A stretch of DNA of 44,408 bases from Pseudomonadota bacterium (GTDB lineage Bacteria > Pseudomonadota > Gammaproteobacteria > DSM-16500), in the NCBI GenBank assembly GCA_021807565.1, contig JAKBCU010000003.1, positions 1 to 44,408 on the forward strand, written 5' to 3'. Below are positions 20,174 to 30,224 of the stretch, in pieces. A model generated the notes under the pieces. The model did no database searches, had not been told where the DNA came from, and was given only the letters and a program-made list of their open reading frames with translations. The translations under genes and the position numbers were made by a program. Each line of letters starts with the position of its first letter. Position 1 is the stretch's first letter.

Positions 20174-20421
20174 AGTTCCCTCCTTAATTTATTGTAGTAT
20201 CATTCTTCATTTGATAGTACCGAGATAATCTTAAGAGAAACTTAATAAAAATCTATGCTCCTGCATAAAAGATAGCTCGCTAAAAAATGTAGTCTGCATG
20301 ATGGTTACGATTGAGTAAAATCGTATATGATCTCGTAAACTTGACCTTTAGCTGAACACATCCTATCTATCTCAGGGTGAGGTGGAAAATAAGTTTGTAT
20401 TATGATGAAAATATGTTTTAA

Positions 20422-21609
20422 TTGTCTCGCATTTTGCACGAAACAGGGTTTATTATGCACCACCGTATCCTTCGACTGATTCTTTTTTTTACCAGTGCTT
20501 TATTCGTTCTCACAGCGTATGCAGAATCTGAGCTAAATATGCCAGTAGGTGGCACTATTTTAAGCGAGGAAATTTATAAGCTTCATATGGCGGGTTTCTA
20601 TGTCTGTTGTGGGATAGGTGTCGTCGTTTTTGGCGTCCTGATTTATTCATTAATTCGCTTCCGCAAATCCAAAGGAGCGCAAGCCGCTCATTTTCATGAG
20701 CATTTAGGCGTAGAAATTATCTGGACGACCATTCCATTTCTGATCTTAGTCGCGCTGGCCATCCCCGCTACTATCGTATTAGGTCACATTCATAATACGG
20801 ATAAATCCGCTCTCACACTCAAAATCACTGGGTATCAGTGGAAATGGAAATACGAATACCTTGATCAAGGCATTAGCTTTTTTAGCGTGCTATCCACAAC
20901 GCAAGATCAAATTAATAATAAAGCAAAAAAATCCGAGTGGTATCTGCTCGAAGTGGATCATGAAGCAGTGGTTCCCATCAACACGAAAATCAAACTGCTC
21001 ATTACAGCGGACGATGTCATTCACTCCTGGTGGGTTCCTGCCTTAGGCGTAAAACAGGATGCCATTCCGGGGTATATTAACGAAAATTGGATTTATGTCA
21101 CTAAACCCGGCACGTATCGGGGTCAATGTGGTGAACTCTGTGGACTGAATCATGGTTTCATGCCCATTGTAGTAAAAGCCGTTCCACAAGCTGAGTTTGA
21201 TCAATGGGTGAAAAATCATCATCCTGGCAATTCATTCACTCCTTTACAACCTGCTCTCAACCCCTTAACAGGAGATGCTTTACTTGCACTTGGAAAAGCG
21301 CAATACGAAAAAAATTGTGTGATGTGTCACCAAGCTAATGGTGCTGGTTTACCTCCTAGCTTCCCCGCTTTAAAAAAGAGCCGTATTGTCACAGGCGCGC
21401 CTGATGCTGCCATTGCGTTTGTGTTATCTGGTGTACCAGGAACTGCTATGCAAGCCTTTGGCGAACAATTAGATGATCAAAATATAGCGGCTATCATGAC
21501 CTATATTCGCAGTGCATGGGGCAATAGCGATTTGGTGAAACAACAAAAATATTCGACGGTAATACAACCGAAGGATGTGGCAAAAGTAAGACAGGGGAGC
21601 AAACCATGA
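20422..21609 (+). CDS. coxB: Cytochrome c oxidase subunit II with a fused C-terminal cytochrome c domain (caa3-type)
   Basis: The CuA region (…HSWWVPALGVKQDAIPGY…CGELCGLNHGFM) is followed by a heme c domain (CVMCHQANG). The likely start is MHHRILRL at 20455. Confidence 0.88.
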   Translation: MSRILHETGFIMHHRILRLILFFTSALFVLTAYAESELNMPVGGTILSEEIYKLHMAGFYVCCGIGVVVFGVLIYSLIRFRKSKGAQAAHFHEHLGVEIIWTTIPFLILVALAIPATIVLGHIHNTDKSALTLKITGYQWKWKYEYLDQGISFFSVLSTTQDQINNKAKKSEWYLLEVDHEAVVPINTKIKLLITADDVIHSWWVPALGVKQDAIPGYINENWIYVTKPGTYRGQCGELCGLNHGFMPIVVKAVPQAEFDQWVKNHHPGNSFTPLQPALNPLTGDALLALGKAQYEKNCVMCHQANGAGLPPSFPALKKSRIVTGAPDAAIAFVLSGVPGTAMQAFGEQLDDQNIAAIMTYIRSAWGNSDLVKQQKYSTVIQPKDVAKVRQGSKP

Positions 21610-23210
21610 CCGAAGCCATTATTCATACTCATGCAGCTGCAGACCATTTCGATGCCCATCATGGTCCTGAAAAAGGATTTAAACGCTGGTTATTCACTAC
21701 CAATCATAAAGACATTGGTACACTATATCTCCTCTTTAGCTTAGTGATGCTGTTTATCGGTGGATTGATGGCACTGGTCATTCGGGCTGAATTGTTTGAA
21801 CCGGGTAAAGTCTTAATAGACCCAGAATTTTTCAACCAAATGACAACCATGCACGGATTAATCATGGTATTTGGTGTCATCATGCCTGCCATGGCTGGAT
21901 TAGCCAACTGGATGATTCCATTGATGATTGGTGCACCTGATATGGCCTTGCCGCGATTAAACAACTGGAGTTTTTGGTTGCTGCCTTTTGCTTTTTGCTT
22001 GTTGATGAGCACTCTCATCATGAGCGGCCCTGCGCCTGATTTCGGCTGGACATTTTACGCCCCTCTTTCAACCACCTACGGACCTAAAAGCACGGATTTC
22101 TTTATTTTTTCTGTCCATATGATGGGCGCTTCTTCGATTATGGCTGCACTGAATATTGTCGTGACCATTTTTAACATGCGAGCCCCTGGTATGACTTGGG
22201 GTAAGCTGCCTTTATTTGTATGGAGTTGGTTGGTCACTGGCTTCTTACTACTTGCCGTGATGCCCGTACTCGCAGGTTGTGTCACTATGATGTTAATGGA
22301 TAGGCATTTTCATACCAGTTTTTTCAATGCAGCCGGCGGCGGAGATCCTCTATTGTTCCAACACGTTTTTTGGTTTTTTGGGCATCCTGAAGTGTATATT
22401 TTGATTTTACCCGGATTTGGAATTATTTCTGAGGTCGTCTCGACTTTTTCACGTAAAAGGCTTTTTGGTTATAAATTCATGGTAGCTGCAACTGTCTTAA
22501 TTGCTTTTATTGGTTTAATCGTTTGGATGCACCATATGTTTACAACAGGCGCGCCCATCACAGCTCAACTTTATTTTATGTATGCAACCATGCTGGTTGC
22601 CATTCCGACTGGCATTAAAATATTTAACTGGTTAGCGACTCTTTTTAAAGGATCGATTACCTTTGAAACGCCCATGTTGTTTGCATTAGGTTTTTTAGTC
22701 ATGTTCACTATTGGTGGTTTTTCTGGTGTGATGTTGTCCTTGGTACCCGCCGATTATCAATATCGAGATAGTTATTTCGTCGTTGCCCATTTCCATTATG
22801 TCTTAGTCTCAGGCTCGTTATTTGCAATTTTCGCAGCCATTTACTATTGGCTGCCCAAATGGACTGGCCGCATGTATAGTGAGCGCTTAGGTCAAATCCA
22901 CTTTTGGCTCTCCGTCATAGGGATGAATCTTGCCTTCCTTCCTATGCACTTTTTAGGGCTTGCCGGCATGCCGCGAAGAATCCCGGACTATCCCCTTCAA
23001 TTTACCGATTTCAACCAATTATGCACCATTGGTGCGTTTATTTTTGGAATGGCCCAGCTCGTTTTTTTATATATCATTTTAAAAGAATGTGTCAGTCACA
23101 CTAAACCCGATGTAAGCAACCAAGTATGGGAAGGGGCGAAAGGGTTAGAGTGGACACTACCATCCCCTCCTCCTTATCATACGTTTGAAACTGCACCTAT
23201 TGTTCCCTAA
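21606..23210 (+). CDS. coxA: Cytochrome c oxidase subunit I
   Basis: 534 aa with 12 transmembrane helices and the canonical heme-copper oxidase motifs (GHPEVYILILPGFG, HHMFTTG, VVAHFHYV). Its start overlaps the coxB stop in ATGA. Confidence 0.92.
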   Translation: MTEAIIHTHAAADHFDAHHGPEKGFKRWLFTTNHKDIGTLYLLFSLVMLFIGGLMALVIRAELFEPGKVLIDPEFFNQMTTMHGLIMVFGVIMPAMAGLANWMIPLMIGAPDMALPRLNNWSFWLLPFAFCLLMSTLIMSGPAPDFGWTFYAPLSTTYGPKSTDFFIFSVHMMGASSIMAALNIVVTIFNMRAPGMTWGKLPLFVWSWLVTGFLLLAVMPVLAGCVTMMLMDRHFHTSFFNAAGGGDPLLFQHVFWFFGHPEVYILILPGFGIISEVVSTFSRKRLFGYKFMVAATVLIAFIGLIVWMHHMFTTGAPITAQLYFMYATMLVAIPTGIKIFNWLATLFKGSITFETPMLFALGFLVMFTIGGFSGVMLSLVPADYQYRDSYFVVAHFHYVLVSGSLFAIFAAIYYWLPKWTGRMYSERLGQIHFWLSVIGMNLAFLPMHFLGLAGMPRRIPDYPLQFTDFNQLCTIGAFIFGMAQLVFLYIILKECVSHTKPDVSNQVWEGAKGLEWTLPSPPPYHTFETAPIVP

Positions 23211-23218
23211 TTGTTATT

Positions 23219-23791
23219 ATGAATATACAAAAAGCCAATAAACGCCTCACATTCATGTTAGTGTGTGGTGTTATTTTTATGTTTGGTTTTTGTTATATGC
23301 TGGTTCCTCTTTATGAGTTAATTTGTAAAAAAGAAGGAATTAATGGCAAATCAGCACGATCCGTTACCACAGCGGCTCCAGGCATGAAAATTGATTACTC
23401 TAGAACCATTAAAGTCGATTTTATCACCGTATTACATCACGATATTCGCTTTAAATTCATCCCATTACATCGCCGCATTGATATCCATCCTGGGGAAACT
23501 AAGCTAGTTTACTTCTTTGCAGAAAATCAAACCGGCAATGAAATGACGGTACAAGCCATCCCGAGCATTACTCCAACCGATGCTGCCCGCTTTCTAAAGA
23601 AGACAGAATGTTTTTGCTTTACTCAACAATTTTTTGCCCGTGGTCAAAAGGCAGATATGCCTGTGTATTTTTTTATTGATCCAGCGATCTCCAAAGACAT
23701 AAAAGAAGTCACCTTATCGTATACATTATTTGATGCCCGTGGTTTTGAGAAGAAACAAGCGCATTTTACAAAGGGCAGAATTAATTTATAA
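23219..23791 (+). CDS. ctaG: Cytochrome c oxidase assembly protein CtaG/Cox11 (CuB insertion)
   Basis: It has one N-terminal transmembrane helix and the Cox11 CFCF motif (TECFCFTQQFF). 190 aa. Confidence 0.85.
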   Translation: MNIQKANKRLTFMLVCGVIFMFGFCYMLVPLYELICKKEGINGKSARSVTTAAPGMKIDYSRTIKVDFITVLHHDIRFKFIPLHRRIDIHPGETKLVYFFAENQTGNEMTVQAIPSITPTDAARFLKKTECFCFTQQFFARGQKADMPVYFFIDPAISKDIKEVTLSYTLFDARGFEKKQAHFTKGRINL

Positions 23792-23834
23792 TCCTAAATA
23801 GGTATAATTTTATTAAAGTAGATCGATTATTCTC

Positions 23835-24596
23835 GTGAACAACCCATTCGTATTCCAATTTTGTCAAAAGACCTATGTCTTTACGTTTAAAATAGGCATC
23901 TTCTTGTTTTGTCTATTTTTTTTGATCGTGTTTTGTTTGTTAGGCAATTGGCAGTGGCATCGCTATCACTATAAAAAGCACTTAGTAGAACATTATCAGG
24001 CCCAATTGGTTTCCCCATTAAAACCATTAGAAACACTGTTAAGAGACCCATCTCATCCACCGCTTGAATTTCAACACGTTTCCGTTTCAGGTCACTACAT
24101 CAATGAGTTAACGGTCTTACTGGAAAATCGGTTTCATCAAGATAAAATGGGGTTTGAAGTATTAACGCCATTACAAATACCGGGTAGTAAACAAATCGTC
24201 CTAGTGAATCGCGGCTGGATTCCAAAACCCGATCAGGCCCTGCTGCCCAAGCTCGCCTACATTGGCACAGAGCAGCATATCACAGGCTATCTTAAGCTCA
24301 ATCAAGAGTATCAGTTTATTCTCGGTAACAATATCAATGATATGACACATTGGCCTTTGGTCATGCAAAAAATAGATATTGATGCGCTTAGCCAACTCAC
24401 TGGACAATCTTTTTATCCTTTTATTTTGAGGTTAGATGCCAACGCACCCAATGGTTATGTCAGAAACTGGGTGATTTCCTCCGTTATTCCTGAACGTCAT
24501 CTAGGTTATGCATTTCAATGGTTCGCCATGGCCTTTGTATTGCTGATAGCGTATACCTGTTTGTCGTGTGATCGTATTCCTACCCAAAGGAAATGA
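23835..24596 (+). CDS. SURF1-family cytochrome oxidase assembly protein
   Basis: It has the SURF1 signatures LGNWQWHRYHYKKHL and HLGYAFQWFAMA. It uses a GTG start. Confidence 0.78.
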   Translation: MNNPFVFQFCQKTYVFTFKIGIFLFCLFFLIVFCLLGNWQWHRYHYKKHLVEHYQAQLVSPLKPLETLLRDPSHPPLEFQHVSVSGHYINELTVLLENRFHQDKMGFEVLTPLQIPGSKQIVLVNRGWIPKPDQALLPKLAYIGTEQHITGYLKLNQEYQFILGNNINDMTHWPLVMQKIDIDALSQLTGQSFYPFILRLDANAPNGYVRNWVISSVIPERHLGYAFQWFAMAFVLLIAYTCLSCDRIPTQRK

Positions 24597-24600
24597 GTGT

Positions 24601-25149
24601 ATGCCAAAAACCAACCTCAATAAACTGATTTTACTGATTGTCATTTTTGCCATACCCGTTATGGCCAGCTGGTTGTTGTATCACTATCATGACAAAGTGA
24701 CGCTCAAGACACTCAATCACGGTATATTCATTCAACCTCCCATTGCAAGCCAAGATCTGGATCAGCCTAATCTCACTCATTTATGGCAAATTGTTTATTA
24801 TCCGAAAAATGTGTTAGATAACACTACTGAACACAACCTATTCTTATTACACCAACTTCGCATTGCATTAAATAAAGAAAGTCATCGAGTTGAACTGATC
24901 CTTTGGACAACATCAATCGATACCCCTGCAACGTTATATGACTTCCAGCCTATGTTATTTACTGCAGAACAAAATAAACGATTACATACTTTATTTAAAC
25001 AACGTACAAAACCGCTGATGGATACCCAAAATAAAATTTATTTAATTGATCCTATAGGAAATTTGTTTATGTACTATCCTGATACAGTCAACCCAATGGA
25101 TATCATGAAAGATCTAAAACGTTTACTTGAGGTGTCACAAATTGGCTAA
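24601..25149 (+). CDS. Hypothetical membrane-anchored protein in the oxidase assembly operon
   Basis: 182 aa with a single N-terminal transmembrane helix. It sits between surf1 and ctaA, where other gammaproteobacterial cox loci have small uncharacterised genes. Confidence 0.5.
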   Translation: MPKTNLNKLILLIVIFAIPVMASWLLYHYHDKVTLKTLNHGIFIQPPIASQDLDQPNLTHLWQIVYYPKNVLDNTTEHNLFLLHQLRIALNKESHRVELILWTTSIDTPATLYDFQPMLFTAEQNKRLHTLFKQRTKPLMDTQNKIYLIDPIGNLFMYYPDTVNPMDIMKDLKRLLEVSQIG

Positions 25150-26164
25150 ACATCGTTTATTAACTTGGCTTGCTTTTTCAGCAAGCATGATGGCATTGGT
25201 CGTGATTGCATTAGGTGCGTTGACTAGACTCATCGATGCCGGTTTGGGATGTCCCGATTGGCCAGGTTGCTACGGCCATTTCGTCGTGCCGCTAACAGAA
25301 CAAGCCAAACAACTCGCCGCAACACAGTATCCTAATACGCCATTATTAAGCTACAAAGCATGGGCTGAAATGATTCATCGCTATGCGGTCAGTGGGTTAA
25401 GTGCGTTTATTTTATGTATTGTCATCAGTATCTTCTGGCATCAGAAAATACGTTCAATCTACAATGTGAGTTTGGCTATCTTATTACTCATGTTGTTATG
25501 TTATCAAATCCTATTAGGACAACTCACTGTCACATTAAAATTATTTCCACTGATCGTCACTCAGCATTTACTGGGTGGTTTTTTTATTTTGGCTATTTTA
25601 TGGCTCCTGTTTTTAGCGAGCCGTGCTGATTTATTCTATCACCCCAACAAAGGAATGCTGCCTTGGGCGATGTTGGCTTTTCTACTGGTGCTACTACAGG
25701 TTTTCTTGGGTGCATGGACAAGCACACATTATGCTTCACTGAGTTGTCCCGATTTTCCTTTCTGTTCTCCCGATCAACCTTGGCCAACGCTTCTGTGGAA
25801 ATCCATTTTTCAAGCAGATTTCAATCCAACGGTAACCTATGAAGGTGGTATTTTATCTCTGGCCAATAAGCAAATGATTCAAATGACACATCGGTTAGGT
25901 GCACTGGTGGTAACTTGTTACTTACTCATTTTTATTCCCATTGCTAGAATAAAATTGGCACCATTTCCTGCTCTTGTGAACTTATTGATGTTGATTTTAG
26001 GCCTACTCTGCATACAAATTTGCTTTGGTATAGTGAACGTTTTATTTAAACTACCCTTGGCGAGCGCTATCAGTCATAATGTCATGGCTATCCTTTTATT
26101 ACTATCGATTTTAACATTGCTTTTTAAGCTCGTCTTGACTGAAAAGCGAGTACTCTCAACATGA
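25127..26164 (+). CDS. ctaA: Heme A synthase (CtaA/COX15)
   Basis: It is polytopic, with the conserved GCPDWPGCYG motif and His-rich helices. The true start is probably downstream of the track start. Confidence 0.8.
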   Translation: MRCHKLAKHRLLTWLAFSASMMALVVIALGALTRLIDAGLGCPDWPGCYGHFVVPLTEQAKQLAATQYPNTPLLSYKAWAEMIHRYAVSGLSAFILCIVISIFWHQKIRSIYNVSLAILLLMLLCYQILLGQLTVTLKLFPLIVTQHLLGGFFILAILWLLFLASRADLFYHPNKGMLPWAMLAFLLVLLQVFLGAWTSTHYASLSCPDFPFCSPDQPWPTLLWKSIFQADFNPTVTYEGGILSLANKQMIQMTHRLGALVVTCYLLIFIPIARIKLAPFPALVNLLMLILGLLCIQICFGIVNVLFKLPLASAISHNVMAILLLLSILTLLFKLVLTEKRVLST

Positions 26165-27036
26165 GTTATTCTATCCGCTCATATGTCCAACTATGCAAGC
26201 CCCGCGTTGTGATGTTAATGATTCTCACATCGATGGCGGGGATGTGCTTAGCACCAGTGACCCCTTTTCCGTATCACCTCTTTTTTTGGGGCAATTTAGG
26301 TATTGCACTGGTCGCCAGTGCTGCTGCTGCATTAAATCACGTGGCTGATCAGCATATTGATAAAATCATGCGACGCACACAACACAGACCACTCGTACAA
26401 GGCACTATTTCCGTCAGAAACAGCATAGTGTTCGCCACTTTATTGTGTATCACGGGGATATTAATTTTATTTTATTTTGTGAATAGTTTAACGACCATTT
26501 TAACTTTTTTATCTCTGATGGGATATGCTGTGTTGTACACACTTTATTTGAAACAAGCAACCCCGCAAAATATTGTCATAGGAGGCATTGCCGGAGCAAT
26601 TCCACCTTTACTCGGCTGGACGTCTGTCACAAACAGTATCAGTCCTGCACCTTTATTATTAGTGCTCATCATTTATGTCTGGACTCCGCCTCATTTTTGG
26701 GCGCTTGCTATTTATCGATTAGAGGATTACGCCAAAGCCAATATTCCCATGCTACCTCACACCCACGGCATTGCTTATACTAAGCTCAATATTTTACTGT
26801 ACACCATTTTATTAATTGTTGCGGCAACCATGCCTTATTTTATCTATATGTCTGGTGTAATTTATTTAATCGGTATTTCGTTAGCGAATATCGTTTTTCT
26901 AATCTATGCCTTAAGATTATTTTTCACGAAAGACAGAATGCTAGCCCTTCGCACCTTTTGGTATTCTATTCATTATTTAGCTATTCTCTTTTTACTCTTA
27001 TTATTAGATCATTATCTATCTCGAGGAATCTTATGA
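26161..27036 (+). CDS. ctaB: Protoheme IX farnesyltransferase (heme O synthase)
   Basis: It belongs to the UbiA-family prenyltransferase fold and lies in the cox assembly operon. It shows 4-bp overlaps with both neighbours. Confidence 0.85.
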   Translation: MSYSIRSYVQLCKPRVVMLMILTSMAGMCLAPVTPFPYHLFFWGNLGIALVASAAAALNHVADQHIDKIMRRTQHRPLVQGTISVRNSIVFATLLCITGILILFYFVNSLTTILTFLSLMGYAVLYTLYLKQATPQNIVIGGIAGAIPPLLGWTSVTNSISPAPLLLVLIIYVWTPPHFWALAIYRLEDYAKANIPMLPHTHGIAYTKLNILLYTILLIVAATMPYFIYMSGVIYLIGISLANIVFLIYALRLFFTKDRMLALRTFWYSIHYLAILFLLLLLDHYLSRGIL

Positions 27037-27692
27037 ACAACAGTCGAAATTGCAAATTAGCTTCACTTATTTTAATCTCTATTTTTATCATCGCCGGACT
27101 GATTTTGTATTTTGGGGTGATGAAATCGAGTCGCTCTCACCGAATGGACACGATTAAAATCAATGGAACGATTTTAATGCCGCCACAACCACTGTCTGCC
27201 TTTACATTCACTGATCAAGCGGGAAAACTTTTTACTAAAGACTCTATGAAAGGACATTGGACAATGATGTTTTTTGGATTCACCAATTGCGGCATGGTTT
27301 GTCCTACATCGATGGCGGCATTAAGTCAAACCTATCGACTGTTACAAAACGAATTACCTGATAAACAACTTCCTTTAGTGGTATTTGTCACTGTCGACCC
27401 AGATCGAGATACGGCTACGAAAATGAAAGCGTACATCAACGCATTTAATCCACATTTCATTGGAGTCAGGGCTGATATCACAGAAACAGTCGCTCTTGAA
27501 AAACAATTACATATTGCTGCTGCAAAAATTGAAGCGGACGGGAAGGGTAAAAATCATTACACGATTGAGCACACCGCGGATATATTATTATTTAACCCCG
27601 ATGCTGAATTACAGGCCATTTTTTCTTTTCCACCAAAACCTGAACAATTAGCAAAGGATTATAAACAATTATTAATGGCAAGGACTCGATAA
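27033..27692 (+). CDS. SCO1/SenC copper chaperone
   Basis: It has an N-terminal transmembrane helix, a thioredoxin-fold CxxxC motif (FGFTNCGMVCP) and a downstream His. Its ATGA overlap with ctaB suggests translational coupling. Confidence 0.8.
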   Translation: MNNSRNCKLASLILISIFIIAGLILYFGVMKSSRSHRMDTIKINGTILMPPQPLSAFTFTDQAGKLFTKDSMKGHWTMMFFGFTNCGMVCPTSMAALSQTYRLLQNELPDKQLPLVVFVTVDPDRDTATKMKAYINAFNPHFIGVRADITETVALEKQLHIAAAKIEADGKGKNHYTIEHTADILLFNPDAELQAIFSFPPKPEQLAKDYKQLLMARTR

Positions 27693-28156
27693 TGTATCGA
27701 CTCATTGGATGGATCGTGTTAGCAGGATGGCTTAATTGTGGTGTTGCAGGAAACAACTTGCTTTTTCGCGATACGGCAGGGCACACAGTGAACTTGACTC
27801 CGCTAAAAAATCAATGGATTATCATCCATTATTGGGCAGCGTGGTGTCCTAGCTGTATTGAAGAGATTCCTGAGTTGAATCAGTTTGATCAACATCATGA
27901 TAAAAATGTATTACTCTACGGAGTGAATTACGACAAATTGCCCTTACCCGAATTAAAACACGCGATAATACATTCTCATATTGAGTTTCCCATTTTAACG
28001 ACTGACCCTGGTGAAACATTGCAACTTGAAGAAGTCGCCGTCTTGCCTCTCACGTTTATTATTAATCCTTATGGTCAAGTGGTTAAAAAAATAGAGGGGC
28101 CTAACACTGAGGCCTCTTTAAGAGAAACATTACATGCGTTGCAAGCATCTGCTTAA
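27692..28156 (+). CDS. TlpA-like periplasmic thiol:disulfide oxidoreductase
   Basis: It has the thioredoxin WAAWCPSC active site and a signal/anchor N-terminus. Its start overlaps the sco stop in TAATG. Confidence 0.75.
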   Translation: MYRLIGWIVLAGWLNCGVAGNNLLFRDTAGHTVNLTPLKNQWIIIHYWAAWCPSCIEEIPELNQFDQHHDKNVLLYGVNYDKLPLPELKHAIIHSHIEFPILTTDPGETLQLEEVAVLPLTFIINPYGQVVKKIEGPNTEASLRETLHALQASA

Positions 28157-28169
28157 TCGACAATAAAAC

Positions 28170-28589
28170 ATGCGACATCTTAGCCGAACAGGAATTCTTT
28201 TTATTTTATTCATCAGCGGCCTATGTGGTTTTTTGTTGTCTTTGTTTTGGCGGGAAGAAGAGATCACTCATCCCATTGAAACCATACAAACCTTTCATTA
28301 TCCTGCCACGTTTGTGAAACAACTCCAAGGTGATCCACAAGCTGGAGAAAAAATTTTTAAAGAATTTTGTACTGCATGTCATGCAGCACAACCAAAAATT
28401 GATATTAAAGCACCACGAATCGGAGACCCTCTATTTGCAAACATCAAACATCGTGATGAAATCAATAGACTATTAATACTAACGATTAATGGTGTCAATG
28501 CAATGCCTGCACGAGGCGGTTGTTTTGAATGCAGTGATTCACAATTGCGAGAAGCCATTCAGTATATAGTACGGGAAAGCCAAAAATAG
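28170..28589 (+). CDS. Membrane-anchored monoheme cytochrome c (c5-like)
   Basis: It has CTACH heme binding, MPARGGCFECSD (a c5-type Met ligand and Cys pair) and an N-terminal transmembrane helix. Confidence 0.75.
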   Translation: MRHLSRTGILFILFISGLCGFLLSLFWREEEITHPIETIQTFHYPATFVKQLQGDPQAGEKIFKEFCTACHAAQPKIDIKAPRIGDPLFANIKHRDEINRLLILTINGVNAMPARGGCFECSDSQLREAIQYIVRESQK

Positions 28590-28782
28590 TTTATTTAATA
28601 TATTCTTAAGTGTTCTCTTATATACTTAGCCAATATAGATACTTTATTTGAGAATATATGAACCGATCAAGCGCATTGGCATGGCTTTTCGATTCAGCAA
28701 AAAACCTCGCTTTTTTTGCTGTCAGTATCTTATTGCCTCAAGTCTCTCCCCAAATTCCTAGCCCCATTATTTGCCCTAGTTA

Positions 28783-28822
28783 CCTGTCTTAGCAGACGTT
28801 GTCGTGTACCAGCTAAGACAGG
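28783..28822. repeat. Perfect 11-bp inverted repeat (CCTGTCTTAGC … GCTAAGACAGG) with an 18-nt loop, in the 315-bp intergenic region
   Basis: I read it directly from the sequence. A second AT-rich hairpin (CAGCAAAAAA…TTTTTTGCTG) lies at 28696..28722. Confidence 0.4.
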
Positions 28823-28904
28823 GGGTCAAACCAGCACGAATTCGATTTTTAATAAAAATAATTTATTTAACAACACATTACAATAAGATCTCGGCGGAGT
28901 TATT

Positions 28905-30161
28905 ATGACAAGTCGTTCCATCCTATTAAAGTTACAAAGTAGAAGCTATCCCTTGGTCGTCATCAGCTTGTGTGCGGCCTTCCTCTTTTATAAGTATATT
29001 TTACAAAATTACCCAAGCATCATGACCTTTCCATTGATGGCCGAATTCAATTTAACTGGAGCAGGTCTTGGCAATTTGGCCGCCATGTTTTTTTATACCT
29101 ATGTCATTACCCAGTTTTTTGTCGGGGTTTTAATCGATAAATACAGTATCCGATGGCTCACGGCTTCTGCCATTTTGGGATGTTCTATTGGTATGCTTCT
29201 GTTTGCTGAAACACATTCGTTATGGGCTGCTACACTGGCTCGAGCCATCATGGGGGTCGGGGTTGCATTTGCGACCATTGCTTACATGAAATCCGCTGCC
29301 GTCTGGTTTCCGCCAAAACATTATGCTTTTGTCAGCGGTCTCTTGGGCTCAGCAGCCATGGCAGGCGCCGTCTTTGGACAAGCCCCTTTAGCATTTTTGG
29401 TGAATACGCTGGGCTGGCGACAATGTCTTTTTACCGTTGGTTTTGCGGGTATTGCTTTATCTGCTTTATTTATCTTCATCGTACGTGACCATTCAAAACA
29501 AGAGGTTATTCACCACCCCATTTCCCTGAAAGACATTAAGTGTCTGGTAAAAAACAAACAAAACTGGTTATTAACCCTTTATAGTGGTTTAGCATTCTCA
29601 CCCTTAGCAATTTTCGGCGGTCTATGGGGCAATCCTTTTTTACAATTAGCCTACCAACTCAGCGGTGAGCAGACTGCCACTATGATTTCATTAAGCTTCA
29701 TCGGTTTTGGTATAGGCTGTCCTATATTAGGCACAATTTCCGATCGACTTCAAAACAGGCGTCATGTGATGTTCGTTGGCACACTCATGTCAGCCATTGC
29801 GCTCACGCTTGTATTATATTGCCATCCCATGCCAGCCTGGTTGCTTTCAACCTTACTGTTTACATTCGGGTTTGGCCTTGGTGCATTTATGCTAGTTTTT
29901 GCGATCGGGAAAGAGGTAAACAGCATCGCTCTCACCGCTACCATTACTGCCATGATTAACTCGGGTGATGCCGTATTAGATGCCCTGACGGAACCTGCCA
30001 TTGGTAAATTCTTGGATTTGCAATGGAATGGTACTTTGACTAATGGGGCACCTGTTTTTTCATTACACAGTTATCATACTGCATTAAGTACATTACCCAT
30101 TTATCTATTGGTTGCCACTATACTTTTGTTATGGATAAAAGAGGCGCCAGAAAAACAGTGA
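28905..30161 (+). CDS. MFS transporter (12-TMS)
   Basis: 418 aa and polytopic, with MFS-type loop 2-3 and loop 8-9 motifs. Confidence 0.72.
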   Translation: MTSRSILLKLQSRSYPLVVISLCAAFLFYKYILQNYPSIMTFPLMAEFNLTGAGLGNLAAMFFYTYVITQFFVGVLIDKYSIRWLTASAILGCSIGMLLFAETHSLWAATLARAIMGVGVAFATIAYMKSAAVWFPPKHYAFVSGLLGSAAMAGAVFGQAPLAFLVNTLGWRQCLFTVGFAGIALSALFIFIVRDHSKQEVIHHPISLKDIKCLVKNKQNWLLTLYSGLAFSPLAIFGGLWGNPFLQLAYQLSGEQTATMISLSFIGFGIGCPILGTISDRLQNRRHVMFVGTLMSAIALTLVLYCHPMPAWLLSTLLFTFGFGLGAFMLVFAIGKEVNSIALTATITAMINSGDAVLDALTEPAIGKFLDLQWNGTLTNGAPVFSLHSYHTALSTLPIYLLVATILLLWIKEAPEKQ

Positions 30162-30224
30162 CTGAGCATTGCAACATAACGAAAAAGCAAGCCACTGGGC
30201 TTGCTTTTAAAATCAACTGAGTAT

